This document shows positions 1-10,872 of a DNA stretch of 64,000 nt, piece after piece; positions within the stretch are counted from its first letter, which is position 1; the number at the start of each line of letters is the position of its first letter. Made by a program: the position numbers and the translations under genes. The stretch comes from Trichosphaerium sp. ATCC 40318 (lineage: Eukaryota > Protista > Tubulinea). Where the stretch lies: contig JALMLS010000323.1 in NCBI GenBank assembly GCA_038496445.1, forward strand, positions 88,233-152,232, in the 5' to 3' direction. The notes under the pieces are model-generated. The model saw nothing but the letters and a program-made list of their open reading frames with translations, ran no database searches and had not been told where the DNA came from.

Positions 1-938
1 ATCCTGCTGCTCTTTTACGTGTTGGTCCTGAGACAACCATAACATGCAGTAAAGCTACAGCATATATTCTTACTGATAACAACACCCTCTATGCTTGTGG
101 AACCAACCACGACGGGCAATATGGTAATGAAACCTCCCAAGCCAAAGTATCTTGTTTATTCACTTCTTTTTTTTTTAGGCCTTCCTGTCGGTAGAGGTGG
201 AACAGGTGATTTTGAGTGCAGCTTTATGAAGCTTGATTTCTTTGATGATATTGATATCGAAAAAGTCACATCACACAGCGACCATACATTGGTATTCACA
301 ACAGGTAACATCACAAAGAAAAAAAAAAAATCATCCAAGCTATCAGTAACTTTTTGACTAAATTTGCAACAAACTGGTTAGTCCTACCTACCTAGTATTC
401 CAGTTGTCACTTATACGTGTACTTTGGTTTGTGCTTTAAAGGGTAAACTAATACCAAGTTCTGAAAAATGAGTGCGGAAGGAGCTTGTGGACAAGTCTTC
501 CGTTTCTCTCGGACGAAATCTTTAGTTTTCGCATATTTTTTTAAGGACATTTATTTGTTGACTTGCTCACTTACTGATATACGTTTATTAGATAACCAGA
601 TTTACGCCATGGGTATGGGCGAACAGTATCGTAATGGTAGCGGAAGAACAAGAGATCTCAGGACTCCAGCCTTGATTGCTCCATGCGTAGATAGACCTAT
701 CATTGATGCTTACGCTGGTGGTCTTAATTCATTTATACTTGTTGATGATAGCGGACGTAAAATGGATTACGGTGAATTTGAAGATGACGAACCTCCTTCT
801 GAGGAAGTTGAAGAGGATTTTGAGGAGTTTGATGATGAAATTCCAGATGCTAATGCAGTGGAGAAGGATGAACCTGCTGCTGTTGTTCATACCGCAGCTG
901 GTGAGACCGGTATGGGTTTCTGGGGCAGCAAAATGTAA
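1..938 (+). CDS. RCC1-repeat protein, 3' part (multi-exon), acidic C-terminal tail
   Basis: Spliced exons give RCC1-like blades (LYACGTNHDGQ-GL, SDHTLVFT, IYAMGMGEQY, AYAGGLNSFIL); stop at 938. Confidence 0.75.
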
Positions 939-1150
939 AAAAAAAAGAAAGAAAAACAGAAATAAATAAAAAAATTACAACGCCTTAGTGATATTGTTTC
1001 TCCTTGTTCTTTGCGAGCTTCAGAACTAGTAAATGACAACATCAAGGGCTACGCTAGAGCCACTAGACGTTGATGTCTTCCTCCCAATATTGTCTGGTTT
1101 GATGAATCGTGAAAATGAGTAGTAGTATGAGGTAAAGGATAGGTTCTAAT

Positions 1151-1984
1151 TCAAGATTCCCAAGGATCCTTCCATCCGTTTTTCTTCTTTTCCAAGTAGT
1201 ATGTATTAAAAGGAGCTGAACTACATGAATGATCTTCAATAAGAAACACACCTATAACTGCCTTTGATATAGGTGATATACAATGAATAAGGTAACATTT
1301 AGTCTCTCCATTATCGTACTTAAGACACGTGAGGTTTTTCAATCCCCACATGTTTTTTTCTGTAACTTCTTCTAAACTCTTCAACATCTCAGGTTTGTTC
1401 ACGTGTTCTGAGAAAGCTTTTAAATCTATTTCACTAAACAGATCTATATCCTCTTCATACTTAAAAGTAAACCTCTTGAACAGGTTCATCAGTGCGTGTT
1501 CTTCGTTGTCATCTTCTTTTAAAGATAAATAAAATGGAGTGAACTTTGGTACATCAAGGCAACCATAGAACGCAAATTCAAAGTCATCTAGATGAGCAGC
1601 AAGCGACGTAGCTATCTTCTGGTTATCACATCTTTCCTGCCAGAGTTCTAAATCTCCTTCCACAATCCAAAGGACTCCGCGCTGTGCCTCAGCACGTATG
1701 TCGTATTCACCAGTCGCTGCTACTTCTAAAACTGCCTCATATCCGAGAATTTCGGCATCTTTAATAAAATCCCAAATACCGTTGTTGCGAATGAAACCCT
1801 TGTCGGTGGCAATGTAAAGAGAGATATACATATGTCTCCAGTACAGCACACGTGACTTGATAAACTGTTCGTAGAACTTCGAGAGCGCCAAATGCGTATA
1901 AACGGATGCCTTGTCAGTGTTGTAATCCAGAATAAGCATTATGATCTCTTTAGGAAGTTGTTTTAATGTTGCTAGGTGGTCCAT
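1151..1984 (-). CDS. Intronless 277-aa protein with N-terminal F-box-like motif
   Basis: Long uninterrupted ORF; LKQLPKEIIMLILDY resembles an F-box; remainder unrecognised. Confidence 0.65.
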   Translation of the reverse strand: MDHLATLKQLPKEIIMLILDYNTDKASVYTHLALSKFYEQFIKSRVLYWRHMYISLYIATDKGFIRNNGIWDFIKDAEILGYEAVLEVAATGEYDIRAEAQRGVLWIVEGDLELWQERCDNQKIATSLAAHLDDFEFAFYGCLDVPKFTPFYLSLKEDDNEEHALMNLFKRFTFKYEEDIDLFSEIDLKAFSEHVNKPEMLKSLEEVTEKNMWGLKNLTCLKYDNGETKCYLIHCISPISKAVIGVFLIEDHSCSSAPFNTYYLEKKKNGWKDPWES

Positions 1985-2406
1985 TTGTACTCTTTCTCTA
2001 GTTTATGGTTTTAAGTCCTTGTATCTCCTAAGAACGTGCTGGAACAAATTGTAGAAAGTCCTCTACAAACGCTGTTTGTTGCGTACTACTCCCAGTAACG
2101 AACACTGTCGTTGGATCTAAACTGCAATCTGTTTCCTAACCGTCTCAAAGGACTACCCTTTTTGGGGACTAGCGATCTCATGTGATCCTTTACTCCCAAA
2201 AGATCGTCTCGCTGTTTTCAGCGAGCCATATATTTTGTGAACTTCATCACTATAAAACGCTACAATATTTCAACACTGTCTTTGGCTGAGCTGAGCTGAG
2301 CTTCGCATGCCCTTAAAATTCTTATGTAAATTAGGAAGCAACCAATGGCAATGACAATGACTTTTTAACCGGGTGCTATCTCGTTGAATAGTAGATATAA
2401 ACAAAT

Positions 2407-2477
2407 GGGACAATGGTGTAACGGAAGCACATGGCATTGAAGGTGCTGCAGTTCAGGTTCGATTCCTGGTTGTCCTA
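2407..2477 (+). tRNA. tRNA with GAA anticodon (Phe), atypical body; copy 1
   Basis: Cloverleaf: GGGACAA/TTGTCCT, D stem GTGT/GCAC, anticodon stem TGGCA/TGCTG with loop TT-GAA-GG, T arm TCAGG-TTCGATT-CCTGG. Confidence 0.8.
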
Positions 2478-2485
2478 CATACCTT

Positions 2486-2572
2486 GCAGAGGTGCTCGAA
2501 TTGGTTAATGAGGTTGTGTTCAAGACACAATGTGATGAAAATCACGTGTGGGTTCGAGTCCCACTCTCTGCA
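2486..2572 (+). tRNA. tRNA-Leu(CAA), copy 1, followed by T7 Pol III terminator
   Basis: GCAGAGG/TCTCTGC acceptor; TTGTG-TT-CAA-GA-CACAA anticodon arm; long variable arm; GTGGG-TTCGAGT-CCCAC; T7 at 2573-2579. Confidence 0.93.
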
Positions 2573-2723
2573 TTTTTTTGACATTGTTCAATACAATAAA
2601 GTAGACGCCAAACATGCTAAACACTATCGACAAAAGCCTTTTTGAAACTATTTTACAAGCGCCTGCTATCTTTTTGTCAAATAAAGTCAATTCTGACTTG
2701 GTCTGCCTTTGTACACAACGAAA

Positions 2724-3892
2724 ATGAGCGACAGAGAGAATTCTACAAAACCGCTAGCTTATCCATACGTTTTGTGTAGTAGTAGCGTTTTTTGCTTACC
2801 ACCAGAGATTATGGTTGAAATTCTAGCGCAATTGGGTCTTTGCGACCTTGCTGCGTTTGGTTCCACGTGTAGACATTGCTGTGAAGTACATTTACTTGTA
2901 CAATATTCAAAAGTACGCAAAACGTGCTTAATCCGCCATTATTAACTAGGTGGATTAGGTAGCCAATGATTACCGTTATACTGCAGTCAAGTTGCCTCAT
3001 TCATTCCAACACATATCCAGCTGTGGTGTGTTGTCCACAGGGGAGGTACAGTGCTAGTTACGGTTTGTGCAGCTCATTTTTGGTTCTTCTAGATTGTTGT
3101 AGTTGACTATAGTGCACGTTCCCTTTGGCTTATAAATGGTAAAGAAATTGTGAATATTGCAAGAAGTAGATCACGTGAAAGTATGGAAATAAGCATCATA
3201 AAGTTTTTCACATTAATTTTGTTTCTTTTCAGGATTAGCACCTGCATGTTGTGCCATTGCTCCAGATGATAGCATAGTTCTCACTGATTGCAATCATTTT
3301 ATTAAGCGTATTAATCCTGAGAAAACAGAGATAAAAACAATTGCTGGTGTAAAAAATAGTAAGGTAGGTTCTGGTTGCCTTTGGTTTCCAAGTGGTATTT
3401 GTTTTGATGTTGATGGGAATATGTTGATTTGTAATGAGAACAAAAACCAAATCTTAAAGTTATATCCTTCAGGTGAACTAGAAACTGTACTAGCTGCCAA
3501 AGCCAGACTCAATTTATTCAAACTAAAACAAATTGCATGTGATAGATCAAACAAAGTGTACGTACAAGCCTTTACAATATACATTTCAAACCCACAAACA
3601 CTCTAGGTATTTTACATGGGATGTATGTATTTATACCTACAAAGGAGATATGATAATAGAAGTATACAAGCACAAACAAGTAATCTATGGACTTGCTATA
3701 GATAGATATGGTGACTTATATTTTGGAGTACAGCGCAGGGCAGGTGTTTTCAAGTTATGTATGAACAATCCAAAGAATCTTGCTGTTCGATTGAATATAA
3801 AACCGGAGATACCAAGTGTTTCTGCGATGCACTATAGTAATGGCACTTTGTATGTGTGCAGTAAAAGCGAGGTGCACAAGATAAGATTATAA
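2724..3892 (+). CDS. F-box + NHL/beta-propeller repeat protein (multi-exon)
   Basis: LPPEIMVEILAQLGLCDLAAFGSTCR F-box; later FPSGICFDVDGNMLIC and YGLAIDRYGDLYF NHL-like blades. Confidence 0.7.
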
Positions 3893-4132
3893 AACGACAA
3901 ATTCCGCATTTGTTTCTCTGAATTATAAAGACTTTAGTCAATGTTAGTTTTATTCCCTGTACTTCGCTCTATCAGCTCGCTAAATATCTGAGTACAGCAG
4001 ATTAACATTAGGCTAAGTAATTGCGCAAGGTAAAACAAGAATACAAAGCGTTTAGTACAAACAGCAAGCAGGCTGATCCAACTCCGTTATTGATTAGTTT
4101 ACAATACATAACACTTACAATTAAAGCATATT

Positions 4133-4594
4133 ATGGCGTCAAACAATGGCACTGCCTTACCACAGCTTGGTTGGAGGGAAAATGCTTCAATACCTGAATT
4201 AGGGATTGATTGTATATCAGCGAAGGTAGATACAGGCGCAAGAACGTCATCTCTTGATATAGATAGTGTCACTGAGTTTTCAAAGGACGGGAAGCAGATG
4301 TTGAAGATTAAATTACGTCCTTGTAAAAAAATCAAGTTTTCTTCAAAACAAGTTGTCGTACCATTGCATGATAAGAGGTCTGTGAAGAATTCAGGTGGTA
4401 TTTCTCAAATTAGATATGTTATAAGCACGTATGTTGTGATTGGAGACAAGAGAACAAAAGCTGAGCTTACACTTGCAAAAAGGAAGAATATGATTTTTCC
4501 AATGTTGATTGGGCGTACAACACTTTGTGGTAACTATGTTGTAAACCCTTCTCTTTCGTATAATATGGGTGATCCGAAGAAGTCTTTTGATTGA
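4133..4594 (+). CDS. Bacterial-type RimK-associated retropepsin-like protease ('putative ATP-dependent Zn protease' family), intronless
   Basis: GWRE..IPELGI..ISAKVDTGARTSSL, R.VKNSGG...RYVI and ELTL..R..M.FPMLIGR motifs. Confidence 0.85.
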   Translation: MASNNGTALPQLGWRENASIPELGIDCISAKVDTGARTSSLDIDSVTEFSKDGKQMLKIKLRPCKKIKFSSKQVVVPLHDKRSVKNSGGISQIRYVISTYVVIGDKRTKAELTLAKRKNMIFPMLIGRTTLCGNYVVNPSLSYNMGDPKKSFD

Positions 4595-4647
4595 TAGTAT
4601 TTTGTATGCGACGTTGTTGGGTGACTGAAGTAAAAAACAATGACAAT

Positions 4648-5742
4648 TTAGTCTAACACAAAGGTGTTTTTTTGAAGAAATTTGTTTTGTTGAAGTCTTT
4701 TTACTGACTCTGTAAAAAGTACTTATTACCGACCTCGCTCGTTTTTACTTGGAACACAATGTTATTGGATAGCTTGATTTTGGAGAAGTCGTTCGATGTG
4801 GAAATGTGTTTTTTTTTAAATACAGTGGCATGTACAATGTTTCTTTACCTCGATCAAGATAAAATATCGTCACAATGTGGCATTAGGTTCAAGGACGCCT
4901 ATAAATAAATCATTACGATTCTTTTTGATTCAAAGAGTGATCTATTACCTCCAATCGGATCTATAAAGTGTAAAAAGAATCTATCCCTACAACAAGCATT
5001 CTGTTAGACGCCAAAAACAATAAAAAGTTGCCTCACTAACCTTGAAATCTCTGGAATCTTTATAACCTTCTCTAAATACATTTGTAACCCCCAACGGCGC
5101 GTGTCTATAAATCCTCTTTTGAATTTCCCGATAGCTTTTTTCTTTGGCAAGTGTGGCACGTGAGAAACAACGTATGGCTCTTTTTTTAACTTAAAAAAAC
5201 CAACGATAAGCAAAAAAAAGACTTTAACGAGGATCGTTTTGTACCTGTTTATGTAGATAATTAAACTCGCTATATCGACGCTCTATATGTAAGCTTGCAC
5301 AACTGCATGTAAACTCTATGAAGAATACCTTTATTTATGGGTTATGGAGTACAAAAAATAAAAAAGGATATAATTTTTTGTTTTACAATGTGCCGCTTCA
5401 CATGCACGTGCGTTTAGTAATAACGTACGGTGAATTTTTCCTTGTGTTGTTTCACAATACGAGCGCTTGATATTTGCACTCTTCCTATTTTGTCCGTGCC
5501 ATCTTTTAATTTTCTCAATAGATCTACAGGAACATCGTCGCTGGGAACTGATTGTTTGAGCATGAAAAGGTACGAGTTTGTTTTTGTAAGTCAAAATTTG
5601 TCTTCACACTTTCTTTCAAATGTGAGCTCAGTGATGGATTGAGTTACTTGTAGTTAAATAGGACATTACACTAGCTGTATTTGAAGTAATCATGCTGATA
5701 AGAGTTTAGATACTCTTTGAGTACAACATACTTATTATGCAT
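4648..5742 (-). CDS. Coiled-coil + PX domain protein (multi-exon; ends approximate)
   Basis: RRYSEF.YLH and PHLPKKKAIGKF..GFIDTRRWGLQMYLEKV PX motifs in spliced exons. Confidence 0.7.
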
Positions 5743-5994
5743 GTTTCAAATCGTTCAAATACTCTACTTTTTTTCCCTCACAGAAACGCCTTGCGTTTTA
5801 ATTGGCTTATAAAAACTGTATTTTCAAGGAGCAAAAAAGTAGGATTGAGGTGGCAAGAACTGTATCTTCTTTCATTTTTTTTTATTAACTCACAACAACG
5901 ATAAAATCATCGATGAAATAATTGTTCTTCTTTTGCTAATACAGTAGCAAACCATCCATGTGTTTCTTTTAAACTATTATTCTCCGGAAAAAGC

Positions 5995-8803
5995 TTACAT
6001 AATACACGTAAATGAGCGCTCTCAGCACGTAGATTATCAGCAGTGCAATGAGAGTTTACCATCTCTTGTAAATACTGTTTACCGCTCTTTGAATCCTCAC
6101 GTAGTAACGCAACGTGTGCTGGCTGAGCATAACGAGAAGGACGAATCTACAAAAAAGTAAAGGACTACAACTACGCAAAAGCTTAAATTACCTCTGGTTC
6201 CGCTTTAGCTACCTCTAGGCAATCACGTAGTAGCTCATCGCCCTCTTTTTTCTTGTTTGTAACATAAAGAATAATACCAAGCCAGAACAGTATACGAGAC
6301 GTTTTCTTACGGCTAACCTTATTCGCTTCTTGAATATCATACCTTGCTTTTGTTTTCTCGCCGATAGCTAAACACCGAGTAGTCAGTTTACCGCTACGCA
6401 GAAAAAGAGAGGAATTCCCAACAAATGTAAGAAGGGAACTACTACGTACTCAAGTGAAGTAAACCACGCCAAAACAATGAAGTTTCATCAGCACGCATTG
6501 TGACTGCTTTATCAAGGTCTTGCATTGATTCTTCGTATTTTTCACGTTCCAGTGTTATAGCCGCACGCCATACATAATAACCGGCGTTTTGGGGTTGTAG
6601 AGATATAGCCTGAGCAAATATAAGTCAAAAATAGAAGAAAAAAAATGCAAGTTAAGAAAAAATCAAGAACACGTGTTAAGATATTGAGTGAAAAAACACA
6701 AGTTTTTTGTTGACGCGTTCACAATAAGTTACAAGTTGAAGATGTTACTATTGCAAATCGTGTACGGTACCTTTGTGAAATCAAGGTATGATTCTTCAAA
6801 TGCTCCTGCTCCATAAAGCATTACTCCTCTACTTTGGTAATGTGATGGAAATCCTCCATCTTTGTCAATCGAAGAGTTGATATCCTTCATCGCGGCTTTG
6901 TAATCACGGAAATGCCTGGAGACAAAGTAAATAATTTTTAAAACACCCCGAAAAGTTGTAGTTCCATTTACCAATAAATAAGAGCCCTATGAAAAAGATT
7001 AGATACTTGCTTACATAAATATTTGATTGTGGTTTCTCCAAAAAACAAGAAAAAACATTTTTAAATTTTGTGTATGCAAAGATGTTTTGTTTTTGTACCT
7101 ATACGCATGATCTATATTATCTCCAGTCAGGGCAATAGCTTTATTAAAGTCTAACCAAATCAGATACACAAAAAAAAGTGCACAACGGAAAAAATTTCTT
7201 CTCCTTTCACGTACCTGCCAATGCCTTCTTCATTTCGTTCATCTCACGCAATATTCTGCCTACAATGTACAAGTAAGAATTACATTTGTTTAATATACAA
7301 ATAAACTAAGGCTTTGGTAAGGAGGTACCTCTAAAGTGATAGTACAAAGAGTTTGAAGGCGAACTCTCGATTGCCTTATTGAAATCAGAAAGTGCCAATT
7401 TAGTTCTTCCTACAGGTTCAATTTAGCTTTAAATACATGTAAATAATGCTCATTACCTGTAAAATGATATATACGTCCACGTAAGCAATAACCTACAACT
7501 GTCAGTGAGTAAAAAAAATCAAAAACTACAAATGCTTGTTTCGTTTTGTTAAGAAAAATGAACTGTACATTCTGAGTCTTCCGGGGACATAGCCAAAGCA
7601 ATCTCAACGTATTGAAGAGCTTTTACAAAATTCTCAAGATCCAAGTACAAATAGGACAAGCAAAGATAGGTATAGAGGGACGGCTTCTACAAAAAAAACA
7701 TTAAAACTTTTTTTTACTGTTTTTCAAGATAGTACCACTTCCAAGGATTTATAATAGTACTCCATAGCTAGTTCAGTGTTAGCCTCTTCTTTAGCCCAAT
7801 TCCCAAGCTGTCTCCACATTGATTCATTATTAGGTTGTGCTTTAATAATTTCGCGTATATCTGCTTCAGCGAGCTTTAACAAGAAAAATATTAGCAGTAT
7901 GATCTTTTTTTGTTTATTTTGGTAGTTTTTTGTTCGTTGACATACCTTCTTTTTATTCATATCGCGGTAGAGCAAAGCACGTTGGTACAAGAAGTCATAT
8001 ATACGTTTTTTTTCTGTAGTACACCGAAGGGTAAGTACACAAGATTGATCTTTTTGTGGAAAATTGGTAATTTTTTGGATTTTTTTTTTTTTTGGTAATA
8101 GAATCGTACCTCGTTTTTGCTCCTCTATTGTATCATTAAGAGCGCCAAGAGCCATTTCATAATGCTTAAGTTCTTTGTGTTGTTGATAGTGACTAGTGTA
8201 AAAAAAGATCAAAGTTAGCTATGACCAATTTAAACAAGACAGTGAGCGGTTTTGGTCACACCTCTGACAAAAAGTGACGTGATTTTTGTTACCGATTATT
8301 TTTTTTTTTGGTTGGTTTGCCAAAAAATCACGTTAAAAATTACGCTTACGCTTGTAAATTCGCTTTCCCTTTCTTTAACAGCTTAAATTTGTTGTGTACT
8401 TCTATGTACTTTTCACGCCAATCCGTAAATCTAAAAATCGAATTAACGACAGAGAAATGGACCGGTGGTATTGTTTATACGCACTTTCCGATACGCCACG
8501 TTACGTTATACGCGTTTTTGTATTGCACATGCCATAAACTGCCTGACTTTGTAAGTTGATACCATTGAACCGACACAAGCGCAGCGATACCCTCATAGTC
8601 ACATAAGTAAAGTGGTAGAATAATGAATTGTGTAGTACCAGGTTCTGCGGCGATAAAAACTCAAATATCCTCACTACGAGCTCAGGAGGGAGCATCCAAG
8701 CCACAGTGGAATTACAACAAGGGCTTGAAGACTCTGGCGTAGGTTTCAACTTACAAAGGCTATTAAACTTGTCTTTGAGGTTTCTAATGACAGGTAGAGA
8801 CAT
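5995..8803 (-). CDS. F-box + TPR repeat protein (multi-exon)
   Basis: LPPELVVRIFEFLSPQNL F-box; many TPR-like exons (ALSDFNKAIE, AAMKDINSSIDKD, SMQDLDKA). Confidence 0.8.
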
Positions 8804-8964
8804 CAGTCACGTAGAAGAGTTTCTTTATCTCGTTTATGTCAAGTGAGTAGCCAAGTGTACGGTCGGGCTGCGAGTAATGCGTTTGAACGTGTTTGAAACT
8901 ACTAGTGACGTTAAGCGAGATCGAAGTGGGGCTACATTTACAAGTGAATGCTACAGCGAGGCTA

Positions 8965-9396
8965 ATGGAGAGACCTCCGTCTCCAGTGTACGGTTTACAA
9001 GGGGAAGCATGGCAAAAGCGGTTAATAGTAATTAATGAACAAATTGAAAAGCGCAAAGCAGCCGCAAGGGAAAAAAATAAGCCTCTGTACCCTTGGAAGA
9101 ACCCAGATTGGCCTCAAATAAAAAAGAAAAAGAAGGGCAGCAAGCACTGGCCGAAACTTACAAAAATGCTTAAAGAACGCGGCTCCGAAGGCTATAAAAA
9201 CTTGTCCGCGCCTCCATCGCTTTTACCCGCGAAAAAGTACTGTGACATAACTGGCTTGGCAGCACCTTACACAGATCCTCAAACAAAGCTGAATTACGCA
9301 GCCGCAGATATTTTTTATTATATAAGACAAAATTTAAATACTCAGGCTGTACAAGAGCATTTAGATGTACGAAAGGCAGGCTCTTTATTGAAGTGA
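8965..9396 (+). CDS. IES6: INO80 complex subunit C / Ies6 (YL1_C domain)
   Basis: SAPPSLLPAKKYCDITGLAAPYTDPQTKLNY signature. Confidence 0.9.
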   Translation: MERPPSPVYGLQGEAWQKRLIVINEQIEKRKAAAREKNKPLYPWKNPDWPQIKKKKKGSKHWPKLTKMLKERGSEGYKNLSAPPSLLPAKKYCDITGLAAPYTDPQTKLNYAAADIFYYIRQNLNTQAVQEHLDVRKAGSLLK

Positions 9397-9540
9397 TAAC
9401 GCTGCCATGTCCAAAAGGCGTGACACATGTCATCAAAGGCATTTTGACATCCACACAGGACAAATGTAATTTTACAAATGTTTTGACAAGCGTTGAAAAT
9501 AAAAAATAAAACATTAAAAATAGTGACCCACAACCAACAC

Positions 9541-10335
9541 ATGAGACTTGCATTGCTCCTTATCGCTATATTTTGTTTATTCGCGTTTTCGAACTGTGAT
9601 GACGCTGCTGAACCAGTTGACGACGCAAAACCTCAAGAAACTGACACTAGCGAAACAGAAGCAGTAGAAGAAGGTAAGTTGTACTGTCTAGACTAAATCG
9701 GTGTTATTTTTACTCTCAATTTAGCTGTACCGATTCCAACGGATGCGGAAATAAAGAAAATGCGTGTTAAACAATTAAAACAATTTATAGCAGAACGTGG
9801 CGCTAAATGTGCTGGTACGCTCTTATTTCACCCAATTGCACCCTCTCAAACGGGACAGGATGCGCTGAAAAATCTCATCTTGTCGCCAAAGCCATCGAAG
9901 TAAAAAATGATCCTTTAGTAGCAAAAGAGGAACCAGAGAAACCCAAAACAATGGAAATGGATGGTAAGAAAGCTTGGTTTCCCTTCTCTCCGGTTTCTTA
10001 ACACTAGTACAAGATGAGAAGCTCCAAGAGATCTTAGAGGCATTAAAAAAGCAAAACAAGGAGAAAAAAAGCATGAGAGAACAACTACGTAACGCTGGTA
10101 TTAATATTGGTGAAGAGAAAGACCAAGTGGACATTGAAGATATAATAAACAAGATGGAGAATAACAAAGGTAATACCTCCTTATTGGGAGTAGATAACAA
10201 CTTTGATAACAACGACAAAAACCCATTACAGATCTTCATCTTTTTTCCCTTTGTACTTACAATCTTTGTTTTATAGCAGCCGAGAAAGATGTTGAAGGAA
10301 AGGAAGAAGAAGATGGTGAAAGTGTAGAGCTGTAA
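9541..10335 (+). CDS. ER/secretory protein with ARMET/MANF C-terminal-like (SAP, CxxC) domain
   Basis: Signal peptide; IKKMRVKQLKQFIAERGAKCAGCAEKSHLV; C-terminus SVEL (KDEL-like). Confidence 0.75.
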
Positions 10336-10872
10336 TAGAGGATTTTCTTGTTGAATAAATATATTTGCTTTTTAGTAGGTTTTGTACTTGACTTACAAGC
10401 CGATATCAATTTGATAGTAATGGATTGCTACCAGGTAATTAGATGGTCCTGAAAAAGGTACTATCAAGACCGAGGAATTCCTAGTCTTACGTGGCGTTAA
10501 TGCACATTTCATGCTGTATTTCCACTTCTACATGCCGTGCTCTAAAACGCACTGCGCGTAAAAAAAGCACCTAAGGTAGCTAAAACTTATTCAATTCATC
10601 GTACGTCCAGAGTAAATAAACTCTATCAAATTGATTTAATGATTGTAGGTAACAATCCTAGTGACGTGTCAAAATGACAGATTTTTTTTTTCTTGTTGTT
10701 CTTTTGTGGCGCGTGATCTTAGATACACAGATTAACGTGTGGAACGTTGTGTGTGGTAAAAGTGTATGCTACTTGGGTGAATGCCTCCTATTGCTTAAAT
10801 TACCGAAAAAGTATTTTAGTTATGTTGGAATTTACTTGGTTTCACGTACGATGTGGATAAAAAATACAAACC

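Noticed and set aside
1021-1080. Helitron 3' end (hairpin + CTAG)
   Set aside because: The hairpin is weak and AT-rich, no matching 5' TC end could be defined, and there is no Rep/helicase
2285-2302. (GCTGA)3 microrepeat
   Set aside because: Too short to interpret
2407-2477. tRNA-Gln(TTG) or Ser(TGA) reading of the first tRNA
   Set aside because: Only the TGGCA/TGCTG stem pairs, which centres GAA; there is no long variable arm
2486-2572. tRNA-Sec (TTCAA in the loop, long variable arm, selenoprotein in the window)
   Set aside because: The perfect TTGTG/CACAA stem centres CAA; normal 7/5 stems; the sister copy has AAG, so it is Leu
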